This document shows, piece after piece, positions 37,001-48,489 of a stretch of 57,780 bases of DNA. The number at the start of each line of letters is the position of its first letter. Position 1 is the first letter of the stretch. Under the pieces are notes generated by a model, which had not been told where the DNA came from, did not search any database, and saw only the letters and a list, made by a program, of their open reading frames with translations. The DNA is from Alloascoidea hylecoeti (Eukaryota), in contig BCKZ01000008.1 in NCBI GenBank assembly GCA_001600815.1, positions 1,023,885 through 1,081,664 on the forward strand. The letters are read 5' to 3'. A program made the translations under genes and the position numbers.

Positions 37001-37469
37001 ATCATTTTCATTGGAACCATTTTCCGAAAGTCATTCTGCCTCAATAGCAACAGTTTTAAAAAGATCAACTCCAAAATTTTTACAAGATGATATTCAAACA
37101 AAATTAACTTTATTATTATTACAATTTCCAAATTTAAAAATTATTTGGTCTTCAAGTCCTCAACAAACAGCTGAAATATTTATGGAATTAAAATCAAATC
37201 AAGAAGAACCAAATATTGATATTGCAATTAAATATGGTGCAAATAATGATGATTTTGAAAATTATAATACACCAATTTATAATCATTCAGCTATTGATAT
37301 GATTCAACAAATACCTGGTATTAATTCAACAAATTATTCATATATCATTCAAAATGTTAAAAATATACAAGAACTTGCTGAAATGTCGAAAGAAGATTTA
37401 TCAAAATTAATAGGAAAAGAAGCTGCAAATAAGGCTTACCACTTCTTAAATGAAAACGTTTTATCCTAG
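34098..37469 (+). CDS. RAD1: Rad1/XPF structure-specific endonuclease
   Basis: Helicase-like N-terminus (ITSRVLIVDML, LWPRFH, LEEQPKW), ERCC4 domain (VDTREF, VGDYII, IERKSVSDL..GRLYSQ) and C-terminal HhH. Confidence 0.97.
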   Translation: MDSLFIQDNDNDDVSCSEGNKVAGEVGKSATPFLEVEKDSVQDLAISKSNTDVGDDILEPLFIMDHDENKQEDAKEEEELELSEPVHVSLNLPLRYQQQITQELLKEDGLLLLARGLGINKIVANALHALSTPAIFHKKNHNDNNNKTNLSFFEIKKKSLILLLNAKDDETEYISSILNELSWIDNLYDPDLSFDELDTTENLKPYRKPHFRVLKGDSPTIAQRSKYYNEGGIISITSRVLIVDMLSHIIDINTITGIFIVRAENVSINSNESFILKLFRETNKWGFIKAVSEEIERFSRGFDPLTKKLKLLKVNKVFLWPRFHIEVTNSLYNINNSNNNNKKDSSANSTSVIEINVELTDLMKEIQTAILQCIEASISELKKLNQSLNIDMEDWNVDNFLNDNFIQMIRTQLDPQWHRISSSSKQLVTDLSTLRYLLNDLPTDNCISFYRSIQNMIDEAKEKKKSTNDLPSLFLLDAFSTLVSKSRDRVYTLKNNIKRINEGDVEINTKKQNIKNVINDDRIVAVLEEQPKWEQLAFILDEIASEQERQPQSISNNLGPILIMCSSHYVSKDIQFFLSTMKEDNTLKSEINGLQGKHYFSSKMMVNKLKQYFKWRQSMSKATPHFRKPVDPSSLPSSSGNVTHTGEHSRSANDSSSANPPSNSNNRDILLRNTRRPFYNKRRRTRGGSTAVSSSDRAQLLTENISKEDKDIEFLLEITNELPSEEEEDDDDNEDDVVELSDTNEDIEVDKESPIFRNSDRNNQIIVKPYNIELDDSFLEEIMPSYIIMFEPNTAFIRRVEVYQSIYNNIYSKTYFMYYGNSTEEQKYLTSVRREKDSFTRLIKEKATIPLDFTTEDDSSIKFRRSRNINTRIAGGSGSISNNKSLVIVDTREFSSSLPSLIYSAGMTVVPCMLTVGDYIISPKICIERKSVSDLIGSFKDGRLYSQCLSMQRHYEIPTLLIEFDETKSFSLEPFSESHSASIATVLKRSTPKFLQDDIQTKLTLLLLQFPNLKIIWSSSPQQTAEIFMELKSNQEEPNIDIAIKYGANNDDFENYNTPIYNHSAIDMIQQIPGINSTNYSYIIQNVKNIQELAEMSKEDLSKLIGKEAANKAYHFLNENVLS

Positions 37470-37679
37470 TTAATTCTATGATTATATAATTGGATATAGA
37501 ATTACACATACTGTACTACTTTCACCTTCCCCCATGAAATATACTGTATATACATGTTAAATTATTTACTAGCTATAGTCTTATTATATAAAAATGTGTA
37601 TTTGATGATGGTAACCCAATTGAAAAACATCTTAAATTATGACCACATCACCAATTATAATTGAATTAAGCTTTTTTTT

Positions 37680-40478
37680 CTAATCTAAAAGAAATTCTAA
37701 TAATAAATTAAATGTAGTTGAAACAACCCAAATTCCAACAAGAATCGACCCAGCTCTTTTATCCAACATCCATTTATTCCAAGGAACATAAATTAAATAA
37801 AATATCATCGTAAACACTAAAGTACCTGCAGAAATACGTAAACTTCTTTCCACCTCAATTTTAATTGATCCGTTAAAATTACCAATTGCATTCGGTTGTT
37901 GTAGTAGAGTGAGTAAACCACTTAGGCCGATACCAACTAAAATGTTTAACATTGGCCCACCAAAACAAGCACCAAGCGCCATTATTGGGAAACCTAATTT
38001 CGCAAACGTTATATCAGATATCAAATCTCCAAGACTATTACCAAAGGCAAATACTGTTATTCCAAGTACAGCTTCTGATAAATTAAGTATAATTCCTGCT
38101 GACTTTAATAATCCAACAACTTCATTTGCAATTTGATAGACCCAACATAAACTACAAAGAAATCCTAATAAATTCGATAATAGGGGATCATTTGATTTAT
38201 TTTTGTAGATCATTAAATAAAAGCAAATGGCAAATAATGTCATACCAATAACAGCAGCAAGACTTATAATGGGTATAAAGTAAGTATTATCCCAAAATAT
38301 TGTAGAGATAAATATTGGACACATAAAACAATGAACTAATTGTAACCATCCGGATTTAGCTAAATCTACAGCTTTGTCTTTTTTCGAATCTGCATTTTCT
38401 TCTTCTGATGGATCATAAACTGGTATAGTTATTGTAAGTATAAAGATAATTGGGGCCTGAAATAATGATATCAGTTTGCTATACCATGGTTGTAACTTAA
38501 AATCAATAAGAGTTGGGAATATTGTTGAAAAAATATTAGCGAATCGTTTCGAAAAATCATTTTCTAATTGAGTTTGAACATCAGCTAATGTATCTCGGCG
38601 CCCAAATATATTATTGTCCATTGGACTTGTCTCAGCATCTTCCATTATTAGTTCAATTGAAGCAGCTGGCGATACTGGTTCAGAATCAAGATTTGTATTA
38701 ATCTTAGGAAGTTTCAAAGGTGAATCTGTAGATGTATCATCGCTTGTACGACTCGTAGCACTTGAACTACTAAATGTTGGAACAGATAAAAATGTATCCA
38801 TGGTATGTGCGGCTGGTTCAACTTCAGATATTTTTGTAATATTTCTTGTATTCTCCTGAGAATTATTTTGAAAATTATTCATTATAGCCTCTGTATCCAT
38901 CGCAATTGATCCATCAAGTGATGCAGCTCTTTTAAAATTATTAGCAGATCGAGATGAATTATGATCAATTACCCTTTCCATTTCAGATAAATGAATGACA
39001 GAATTCGCTCTAGCCCTGAAATCAGTCAACCTTAATAAAGCAGGCGTTGAAGGGCTTAATAATGAATTACCATGCATTGATCTTTCTTGAGCTTGCCGTT
39101 TTTTCCTTTCTGATTTTGTCTTATTATAGATCGATAACAATTTAACAGCATCATAAACCGATAATTTTAAATCTATTGGATATAAACTGCTCCTTCTCTC
39201 TCTTCGGGGTCCACTAATACTAGCTCGATGTAATTTTAATTGTGAAGAAAATTCTCGAAATGCTTCCATTTCTGACTTTAGTTGTGAGCGGTGACGATTG
39301 CCAGTGCTTCTTTTACTGTAAACTGAACTGGCAGGGCTTAAAGACGCTCCGGGCCCCGGGCTAATCAGATTATCATTAATATTACTTGTAGAAAATGATG
39401 GCATATTAGATAAATTGTAAGGTCTTAAAGATAGATTATCCGATGACTGCCTTGGTGAAATATCTATATGTATCCTTGAATCAATTGATAAGTGATCAAC
39501 ACTTTCATCATCATTATCATCTGGTTCCGCATTTTCTTTTCTATTCATCCAAGTAACAGTAGAAACATAAGTGATATACGTCACTAACATTACAGTTGAA
39601 TCTAGTGGTGACAGTTCACCATCACCGACAATAAACAAAACAATTGTTACAACAAATAAGAAAAAGGAGACATCCCTAATAAACTCCTGTTCCGAAACTT
39701 TAAATGGATTAACGATGCTCATCATACCAACAACCATTGTTGTCACAAATGAAGCAGCACCCAGTAGTTCACCGATGGCTAACGAGCCGCTGTTATTTTT
39801 CATGGCAATATAAGTACTGAAGATATCAGGCGAACCGTTTCCAAAGGCTAAAAGTGTCAAGCCAGCTACATTTTCAGAAAGTCCACAAATATTGGCTAAG
39901 CTACTAAGATTAGGACATAGAAAATCAGCAGCTGCTAATCCGATAGTTGTAAATAAAGTAATTAAAACAATTCCCATGAAAAGTAAAGAAACCGATTTAT
40001 TTGAATAATTTTCACAGTAATATACTGAAAGATAATCAATTACACCAGATTGGCTATCAGCACAATGTCCATTTATAAACCCACATAAAAGTGAATTATT
40101 CTGTGTTGTAAGCTCATATTTATGGATATCTTTACACTCTAGCAATTCTAGATTTAGATTTAAAGAATTGTTGAAAGAAAAAGTAGAGTTTGATAAAGAT
40201 GCATTTAAACTTTTATCAGCCACAGACGCGCCTGTCGGAATTAAAGATGTGCTTGTATTTGAACTGGTAAGATTCCCAAGACCTGCGAAAGTTATATTTA
40301 AGTCTTTATTGATTTCCAATTCATTATCAGCCTTATTATTAAAAGAGCTATTAATGGTACTTGTGGGTTTCGAAAATATGGCCAATATAAATACAACGAT
40401 TAGTCCTAGAACAAAAATGAGCGTAAGTTTTGGCCTCCTGAACGACCATTGTCTAACATTCAAAAATAACCACCTCAT
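37680..40478 (-). CDS. CaCA-family cation/Ca2+ exchanger (Ecm27/YDL206W/NCLX-like)
   Basis: Alpha-1 GLTLLAFGNGSPD and alpha-2 GITVFAFGNSLGD..ACFGGPMLN repeats with a large central loop. First ATG is 40478 (40481 is GTG). Confidence 0.93.
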   Translation of the reverse strand: MRWLFLNVRQWSFRRPKLTLIFVLGLIVVFILAIFSKPTSTINSSFNNKADNELEINKDLNITFAGLGNLTSSNTSTSLIPTGASVADKSLNASLSNSTFSFNNSLNLNLELLECKDIHKYELTTQNNSLLCGFINGHCADSQSGVIDYLSVYYCENYSNKSVSLLFMGIVLITLFTTIGLAAADFLCPNLSSLANICGLSENVAGLTLLAFGNGSPDIFSTYIAMKNNSGSLAIGELLGAASFVTTMVVGMMSIVNPFKVSEQEFIRDVSFFLFVVTIVLFIVGDGELSPLDSTVMLVTYITYVSTVTWMNRKENAEPDDNDDESVDHLSIDSRIHIDISPRQSSDNLSLRPYNLSNMPSFSTSNINDNLISPGPGASLSPASSVYSKRSTGNRHRSQLKSEMEAFREFSSQLKLHRASISGPRRERRSSLYPIDLKLSVYDAVKLLSIYNKTKSERKKRQAQERSMHGNSLLSPSTPALLRLTDFRARANSVIHLSEMERVIDHNSSRSANNFKRAASLDGSIAMDTEAIMNNFQNNSQENTRNITKISEVEPAAHTMDTFLSVPTFSSSSATSRTSDDTSTDSPLKLPKINTNLDSEPVSPAASIELIMEDAETSPMDNNIFGRRDTLADVQTQLENDFSKRFANIFSTIFPTLIDFKLQPWYSKLISLFQAPIIFILTITIPVYDPSEEENADSKKDKAVDLAKSGWLQLVHCFMCPIFISTIFWDNTYFIPIISLAAVIGMTLFAICFYLMIYKNKSNDPLLSNLLGFLCSLCWVYQIANEVVGLLKSAGIILNLSEAVLGITVFAFGNSLGDLISDITFAKLGFPIMALGACFGGPMLNILVGIGLSGLLTLLQQPNAIGNFNGSIKIEVERSLRISAGTLVFTMIFYLIYVPWNKWMLDKRAGSILVGIWVVSTTFNLLLEFLLD

Positions 40479-41249
40479 CACAATATTTCAAACGAGTATT
40501 GGTATGAAGGAGAATCCAGAACAAGACAAAAGAAGTAAAAAGAAGACGAAGAGATTTTTGTGATTTCTCTTGTGTTAGGATATCTGTAGAGGAGGGTAAT
40601 ACGGTAGCAATACGTATATTCTAAAAGGGAAGTTTTGTCATTAGCATAATTATGAAAAATATTAAATATTAGATCTCAAATATGTGAAATATATCTCTAT
40701 TTCATACTTATATACATATATTCTACAGCTACAGGTTTGGTGGGCATAGAAAATATAGTAAAATAACGGGGTTCGCACCACTGATAGCGTGCTACACATC
40801 GATATATCATTATCATATGCATATGCAAATGAGCTTTAAATTCAAATATTGTCAAGATGAATAAGAGAGTAACAAGTATTAATATTAATTTAAACATATA
40901 TGACAAATTTAAATGAATCTATAACTATCTAAATAAACTGACAAAATTTTATTTTATTTTATTTTGATGTCCATGATGATCCTCTAATTATAGTTGTAAT
41001 ATGTTAATATAATCGTGATGTCAATTGGGTTGTGTTCACAGCACCCTATTTTTTGTTTAGTGTTCACGGTTCATAATTATTGTACTTTGAGTGTAATTAC
41101 TATTCTCAAATGGTATAACTTGACTATAAATAATTTTTTTATTTCCTTACAATTAATTCTTCTTTTCATCTGGATACATATAGTGAGGATTAGAGTTAAA
41201 TTGAGGCTTGAATATTATATCAAGAGGGATCTTTAAAGAAAAATTCTGC

Positions 41250-42524
41250 TGATTAGAAATTAGATGGTTAGAGAGAAAGTATTGCAAGTTGTCTTTTGGT
41301 GCCTCTATAGCAATGTTACTTGCAGCACTTTTTTCATCGCTAGTTTTTGGTGGTGGTAGAATTATATGAGAAATTATTTTTGAATCCTTTTTCTGATTTG
41401 TGTTTTAAACATAAACTTGGTTCATGTAGTTGATGTCCCAATTCAACCCTAAGTTCTAACTCATAATATCTTGATAAGAAACAGTTGTGAAAACTCAGAT
41501 TAAATCTCCAGCTAGTGTGACACGACCAGATTCATCTTCTAAACTCTGCGCCCCCAATTTTCAATATCCGATCATATCGTAGTTTCCACATATCTTTATA
41601 ATAGAATTCAAGGTTAGTGATACTAGTGAATGCACGGCAAACATAACATAAGGATCTTGAGTCGGGGTGAAGTTTCGCAACATTAATAGCGTTTTAATCA
41701 TTCTTGGCGTCGTTCTGATAAGTCAAAGCACATTCTTCTGAAATTGTACGGTAAAAGGAAACTCCAAGATTGGTAAGAATATTTAAACGTGGTTTCACAG
41801 AAGTAATAAGAGGTGGAGCTTGTGGTACTCCATCAATTAATACCCGACTATAAATTAGCTTTAACGAATAGAGTCCACAATTACCTACAAATTTGGATGA
41901 TTGATCAATCATAGTCCTTTATGAGTCAATATGATCATATAATATTAGTTCAGGACGTGCAACCACTTTAAAATAAATAATGCGAACCTCCATATCAGAC
42001 ACTGAACCTGGGTAGAAAAATCCATTTGGTCTAAGTATAGCAGCAGATTCAGCGGTAGGGCATAAACTTTCTCGAAGGAGAACTTTGGGATTATTTGTTA
42101 ATTTGGCTTTTTTTTTGCCGGGAGCACTCTTTTTATCGAAGGGCAACTGATATTTGTCCTGAAAACTCGGGGGAGGTGCTTATCACGCAAATTATCGTCG
42201 CATGTTGGTTTTGATAGTTTTTTGGAATATTGAAGCTAAATGGTAATCTATAAAGTTCTCTAGAATGTGCGATATTATGTTGGAAACTTATCATGAAACT
42301 TTTCCAGTAATATAGAATCGGATACTTCTTTCTTCTTCCCAGATTCTTTGTAAATGAGCATTCCTTTCATACAGAGTGTGATCTTATCGTGTGGTTTTAG
42401 GGGTCTATTTTAAAGGTCTGGGTATTCATATCCTTATGGTAACAAAACCTTCAATGACATCTCCTGGAATATAAAATTCTTGCTTACCATTGATACTAAG
42501 TTTTAGTTGCTGTGGAAGAATCAT
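41250..42524 (-). pseudogene. Arrestin-related trafficking adaptor (Art10-like) pseudogene
   Basis: LKLSINGKQEFYIPGDVIEGFVTI (arrestin N-terminal start), PPPSF, RIIYFKVVARP and SFHNCFLSRYYELELRVELG (arrestin C-terminal). Split over several frames by stops and frameshifts. Confidence 0.65.
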
Positions 42525-43666
42525 ATTTCTATAATTCAAGCCTGACTGTGTCTGTAATGAATTTCCTTTTAATTTTAATTGGAGAGTTATAAAAAAAAGA
42601 GAAGTGAGTAATTCAGAAGAATATATAATATTTTCTGAAAATTTCTTAATTGTTATATATTCTCTAAATGGTTCCTGCGTATGTCTGCGCATGCAAACAT
42701 TCAATATGGACAATTTTTTATTTTAGCAAGGGAAGTTATTCAAATACAAATATACTTATAAATATTCAGAGAATTCATTCATTGAATTTCGAGTTAAGTC
42801 TTGTAAGGTAGAATAAACGTATTTACAAATGTTGGATGCTAAAGTTTCCTCGACATTACTCGTATACCTGCGTGAATACAACAATGCATGCACGTTATTC
42901 TGTAAATGCCAAAATTATTTTTGGACCACCGTGTGAACTCTAAATAATTGTTAATTTATTAAACCCGGGTAAAAAAAATTGGAGTCGAAATATCTAAGGC
43001 TTTAAACTTTAATGTTGTTCATGGCCGAAAAATAGTGTGTTTACTAAAACAACCACCTAATATCACGAATCCACTAGATACTCTGTATATATAAACCTCT
43101 TATCCGGTTACATTTTCTTGACTTATATTCACTCATTCTCTTGTTCTCAGCTCAAAGGTGAAGAGTTTCTTCTTTGTTTTACCTTTTTTTTGTGTTTATC
43201 TACAAGCGTTCCTCTTTCCATCTAATCACTGCTATTATGTATGTTACCCAGATTGTCGATGTAATCACTAAATGAAATTGATATCATTACGGATCTGAAA
43301 GCATCAATGTCAGTCCGTCCTTGTTATGTGGGAACGCAGGGATAGAAAAAGATAGAGTACATATGAGCCTTGCTTAAGAAAAAATAATAAAATATTATAA
43401 AAAATGAAATTCTAATTATAAATCGTAATAACAATGCCTTAAACAAAGTCAAACCGAAACTCAAACTCCAGAAATAATCATTTTCAAAGATTGGAGATGT
43501 GTCATTCCCACAACTTTTATGAGACATCAGATTTCAAATGAACAGAATACTAGCCACTGAAGTTAGAGTTTCTTTTTGACTTTGTTGCTAATGTTAATTA
43601 ATATGATTTAGAAAATTTTAATACAACTATTTTCTCTTATAAGCAGGGCTCATAAAGCTTAATATG

Positions 43667-43811
43667 CAGTCATTCCACTTAATTTGGCCCACAAGATAAA
43701 ATACATATTCGCCTACTGATTATATTAAATAATAGGCCTTGGAATTATGATTTATTCGCTCATGATTGACCTAAATAATAGACCAGTATCCGAAATTTAG
43801 TGGAGTGACTG
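43667..43811. mobile_element. MITE-like element, pogo/Tc1-type CAGT termini
   Basis: cagtcattccacttaattt (43667-43685) and aaatttagtggagtgactg (43793-43811) are a 17/19 inverted match. Flanks are TG/TT rather than a perfect TA. Confidence 0.6.
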
Positions 43812-44010
43812 TTATATGGAAAGTATAGTATTTCTGGTTAGATATATATAATCTTATACATCTAATTATATAATGACCATTCCAATAGAACCATTAATGT
43901 ATTTTCATCTTTTGGGTACATACGCACGTTTTTCACACATTCCAATTAAATAGCTCGACGATGTCTTCTACAATTGTTAAATTCTCCATATATATTGTGA
44001 TCAACAGAGA

Positions 44011-44865
44011 ATGGCACACATGTTTAGCTATACTTTGAACTTCTACGATGATCCCTTGGAGTATTATAAGCTGCCTTACCTTGACGCGATAATATCCTCC
44101 CGGTACTTCTTTTCTCCGACGATCAAAGAACATCTTCATGAAGTGATATATTCTACAATATTTTATCAAACTATATTTATATTATCTCGTGGGGTTTTAA
44201 GGTATTTCTTCAAGTCTTACAACAATTATGAATCTATAAAAATTGGATTTTGTTCACATGTAGTATCTATGGTTCAATGTGTTTTAATCATGACTATTTG
44301 TTTCCCGGTTCTATTTGATCAATCATTACTAGAAAACCGGGTATTTGCTTCAACTCCATATGGTGAATTTACTGCTTCAATCTCTCTTGGGTATTTCATT
44401 TGGGATTTTTTATTCTCGGCTTATTACATAGACTATGCTGGAATAGGTTTTGTTATTCATGGACTTGCAAGCTCTTATGTTTATTATTTTTGTTTATCTA
44501 GGAAATTCATTGTTTATTATGGTTCAGTATTTATGTTTTTTGAAGCCTCGACGCCTCTTTTAAACATTCATTGGTTTATAAATCACCTTCCAGAAAACAC
44601 AATTACCATCTCAAAAAATTTCTTCAAGATAAATGGTATTTTATTCATAATTATGTTCTTTTTATGTAGAATTGTTTGGGGTTGGTACCACGCTATAAAT
44701 ATTATTATTGATTTTCTAAATGTTTGGGATAAAGTTAATATTTATCAAGTTTCAAGTGTTATTATACCAAATATGATATTAAATTGTTTGAATCTTTATT
44801 GGTTTATTAGAATTATTATAACTGCAAAAGAAACAGTATCATCAGAAAAGAAAAAAACAGTATAA
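44011..44865 (+). CDS. TLC (TRAM/LAG1/CLN8)-domain membrane protein, Tda4/YPR114W-like
   Basis: HVVSMVQ, GYFIWD, FVIHG, FEASTPLLNIHW, NGILF..FFLCRIVWG and LNLYWF. Confidence 0.9.
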   Translation: MAHMFSYTLNFYDDPLEYYKLPYLDAIISSRYFFSPTIKEHLHEVIYSTIFYQTIFILSRGVLRYFFKSYNNYESIKIGFCSHVVSMVQCVLIMTICFPVLFDQSLLENRVFASTPYGEFTASISLGYFIWDFLFSAYYIDYAGIGFVIHGLASSYVYYFCLSRKFIVYYGSVFMFFEASTPLLNIHWFINHLPENTITISKNFFKINGILFIIMFFLCRIVWGWYHAINIIIDFLNVWDKVNIYQVSSVIIPNMILNCLNLYWFIRIIITAKETVSSEKKKTV

Positions 44866-45130
44866 ATGTTTTGTATATGAAATTAATAATATTAGTATAT
44901 AAATAGAAGAAAAACAATATGAAAGCAAAATAAAGTCTAATAATAATAATAATTATATATATCAATTGCAATATGAATAAGATAAATTATATAAACATCT
45001 ATTTAAACGAAAGTTTTCAATTAATTATTCTAAGAGTCATCATTAAAAATTCGTTAAATATAATCATCTTAGGGCTCATATATTATATAGTCAATGTTGA
45101 TTATAGTTACAAGTTGTAATGAAATTTAAG

Positions 45131-47158
45131 CTAATCACTTAAATCAGGATTAGCAACAAATAGTCTTAAGCCACCTCCTTCATTTTCAAGGCTACTATTA
45201 TTACTATTTGATCTGTCCCTTGCTATTTCTCGATTGTCAGTAGATGAAATACTTTCCAAATCTTGATTATTCAAATCATCCACTTCCCCTGATACATTAA
45301 TACTAGTTCCAGATGCAGAAATATTATTAGTGATTGAGTCATCAGCTTCAGGTTTTGTCTGTTGTCTATATAATGATACAAATTCAGATTCATCATCATC
45401 TACTTCACTTGCTAATAATCTGGGTTGTAATTTAGCATGTCTAGTATCCATTTTAGTTAAATTACCCGAAAATGATTGATGAAATAATCTGTTTTTCCTT
45501 GAAGCCATTGATGATGTATGAGCATGAGTATGTACCCTTCTTCCACCTTTTACTTTTGTTAAACTAATTGGTAATGGCCAATTTGGTGGTTGAATTTCTG
45601 AATATGAAGTACCTGCTTTTTTACGTATTAATTGAATATATGTTGATGGTTGTCCTTTACCAAGTATCTTAGGTGTAGATGGTTTTTCTGATTTTGTCTT
45701 TGATTGTGGTCGTGATCGTGATTGTTTTGAATATAATGATGATCTATCAATAGATATATTATCATTTGGTGGTGGTTTCCTTCTTGTTGATAACGGTGAT
45801 CTTTCTCGTTTTATAGATGAAATTCTATGAAAACTTGTACTATTATCAAGTTCTGTTGGTTCATATGGTGTTATACTTTCTGATGATTGTCTTGAACTTA
45901 TATTTGTAATTGATGAAGAGTTTATATTGTCTTTGTTATAAATAGGAAATGAAAATGAATCCGTTGGATGATTATTAGTTTGATTATGCGATGGAGTATC
46001 ATCATTAAAATGAGATGGTAACAAAGAGGAAGAGTTTGTACCATTAACATCAATATTAGCATTATCATTACTATTATAACCTTGGTCAAATTTATTAATA
46101 TCATTAGATACTTTTAATGGTTCCCATTGATTTTCATAATGTGTTGGTTTAGTAAACCCATAACTATCCCCACTTTCATAACTAACCACAGAATTTGAAT
46201 GATTATGTTCATTCTCATCATTAAAGCTATGAACTCCTAGTGTATTGTCGGGTATATCCGATACACTCGGGTTAGACGAATACATAATTGCAGAATCACT
46301 TGTTAAAACCCGATGGTGTAAAATTGAAGGAGAAACTTTAAGATGATCATGACCATTTTCATGGAATTGATTAGAATATGATGAAGAATGAGAAAAAGGC
46401 CTTTCCAATAAATTATCAATTTGAATATTTATTGAATCAATATCAACATTGTCGGAATCTAGTGTATAATTATGATCCTGAATATGTGATGGTTTGTAAG
46501 ATGAATCAGGTGAAACGTTCTGAATTACCGATGGGGATATTGAGGATTGTCTTCCTTTATCTCTAGATGAAGTAGATGATATCATAGATTCAGGACTCCT
46601 GCTCTCACTCTTTATTTGATTTCGAGTACTATTCTCAGGTTCTATTTTAGGAACATCCTGAACTCGGTTATTATAATCACTAGGAGGGGGTTTTCTTCGT
46701 GGTGGTGGTTTCCGTTTAGGGATCGTGGACATCGGATGTAACCTATCTTTCGAAAGACTTGGTGTAGATTGCAATTCGCTTTGTTTTATACTGGAATGCA
46801 TTGAAATAGGAGTTGTCGAGTAAACACTTGAAGATAAAGAAACCGAAGAAAGATCACTTGCAGTACTCGTATTTGATCTTATTGTATCTGTTCTTACAGT
46901 AATCGTTGGATTGTTTTTGAATGAATTTTCAGTGATGGTTTTATTTCTATCGCGTCCTGGATAATAGTCGGCTTGTGGTTGACCATTGTTTAGTCCTGCA
47001 TTGTTGGTATTAGATAATCTTGGGATTTGCCTGTTTTGTCCTATTTCGGAATGGAAACCGAGATTTGAAGCGGTTGATTTAATATTAAGACCATTCAATG
47101 TCGATTTATTGCGTTTGTCTGATGGCTTTGATGTTGAAGTTGTAAATAATTTATTCAT
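45131..47158 (-). CDS. Ser/Asn-rich, likely disordered protein with RKPPP motifs and C-terminal LxVxNPD
   Basis: 675-codon ORF with no TM segment; three (K/R)RKPPP motifs, LQPRLLASEV and terminal LRLFVANPDLSD. Confidence 0.8.
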   Translation of the reverse strand: MNKLFTTSTSKPSDKRNKSTLNGLNIKSTASNLGFHSEIGQNRQIPRLSNTNNAGLNNGQPQADYYPGRDRNKTITENSFKNNPTITVRTDTIRSNTSTASDLSSVSLSSSVYSTTPISMHSSIKQSELQSTPSLSKDRLHPMSTIPKRKPPPRRKPPPSDYNNRVQDVPKIEPENSTRNQIKSESRSPESMISSTSSRDKGRQSSISPSVIQNVSPDSSYKPSHIQDHNYTLDSDNVDIDSINIQIDNLLERPFSHSSSYSNQFHENGHDHLKVSPSILHHRVLTSDSAIMYSSNPSVSDIPDNTLGVHSFNDENEHNHSNSVVSYESGDSYGFTKPTHYENQWEPLKVSNDINKFDQGYNSNDNANIDVNGTNSSSLLPSHFNDDTPSHNQTNNHPTDSFSFPIYNKDNINSSSITNISSRQSSESITPYEPTELDNSTSFHRISSIKRERSPLSTRRKPPPNDNISIDRSSLYSKQSRSRPQSKTKSEKPSTPKILGKGQPSTYIQLIRKKAGTSYSEIQPPNWPLPISLTKVKGGRRVHTHAHTSSMASRKNRLFHQSFSGNLTKMDTRHAKLQPRLLASEVDDDESEFVSLYRQQTKPEADDSITNNISASGTSINVSGEVDDLNNQDLESISSTDNREIARDRSNSNNSSLENEGGGLRLFVANPDLSD

Positions 47159-47670
47159 TTTGATTTTTAGAAGGTAGGTAAAATTGAAAGAAAAAATATA
47201 TTAATAAAAAATAGGTAATTATGTCTTAGCTAAATTTAAATCTAAAACATCCTGGAAGACGTTCTCGGAACCGGATCTGAAAAAGGTTATATTTAAGATA
47301 TTTATTATGTCATTTAGTAGCTATAGAGAATTTGTCATTATTGTAATTATATTAGTTATATAACACATAAATATTTAAATCATGGTTTTAATTCATATCT
47401 TATAGGTATTACAAGTCGTTGAAAATTTGATTTTAAAATTGGTTCTATAAATTCGCCAGCTATTATTAGAAGCAATGCGCGAAATTACGTTAACGTTGAC
47501 CCTGGAAAAAGTGCCCTCGATTATTAATCACTAAATTCAATACATCCGTACACTCAACACCTTCATGTTTGTGTCGATTTATATATATATTTCAATTCTC
47601 TGGTAAATAAGTATAAATACTATATTGCAATTTCATAAATTGTTAATTGATATAATAGAATAAAGTAAAA

Positions 47671-48355
47671 ATGATTATTTATTCTGTTTATATCTTAAAT
47701 AAAGCCGGTGGACTTATATATCAAGTAAGTATATTAAACTTATACAAAAACCCTATACAGCACCATATCTATGTATCATTCGGCTAACACTTTTTGACTT
47801 TACTATTCATAGAATGATATAAACCCTGGGTTAAACAAACTAAGCTCAAATGATTATTTAGTACTAGCTGGCACATTTCATGGAGTCCATGCAATATCAA
47901 CTAAGATATCACCCCTTTTAAAATCAACTGGTATTCAACAAGTTCATATGACATTTTTTTCAATGTATTCTTTTCAAACAGTAACTGGTCTTAAAATACT
48001 GATTATAACGAGTCCTGTTACTTCATTGGATGATGAGTTTTCAAATACACCGTTATCATTTAATGGTACAAATGGTCGTAATATGAATAATGATTCAATT
48101 ACAACAACAAGTAATTTATCATTTAGTCCAACTCAACGCAATTCTCTACCTTCATTAAGACAACAACAACAGCAGAAAACAACAAGTATTGGTAGTGCAA
48201 ATCTTGATGTTAATAGTATATCTGCCGATTTAATATTAAAAGAAATTTATATGGCTTATAGTGATTATGTTATGAAGAATCCATTTTATCAATTAGAAAT
48301 GCCAATACGGTGTGAATTATTTGATAGGAAATTAGATGAACTATTAAAACAATAA
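47671..48355 (+). CDS. TRS23: TRAPP subunit Trs23; exons 47671-47724 and 47813-48355
   Basis: Intron 47725-47812 (GTAAGT...GGCTAAC...TAG). Spliced product MIIYSVYILNKAGGLIYQ|NDINPG..NDYLVLAGTFHGVHAI..FQTVTGLK..YSDYVMKNPFYQLEMPIRCELFD. Confidence 0.95.
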
Positions 48356-48489
48356 TAAATATATATGTATTTTTTTTTATAATGTTTACTTGTAGTGTAC
48401 CATTTGTGTCATATTCAATCGTAAAACCCAATCATCAGATATCACCACATTTAAGTATTTCTTAAATAAATTTCAATCAAGTATTTAAT

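Noticed and set aside
40760..40805. tRNA- or U4-like sequence (gttcgcaccactgatagc)
   Set aside because: No cloverleaf, and too little similarity to an snRNA.
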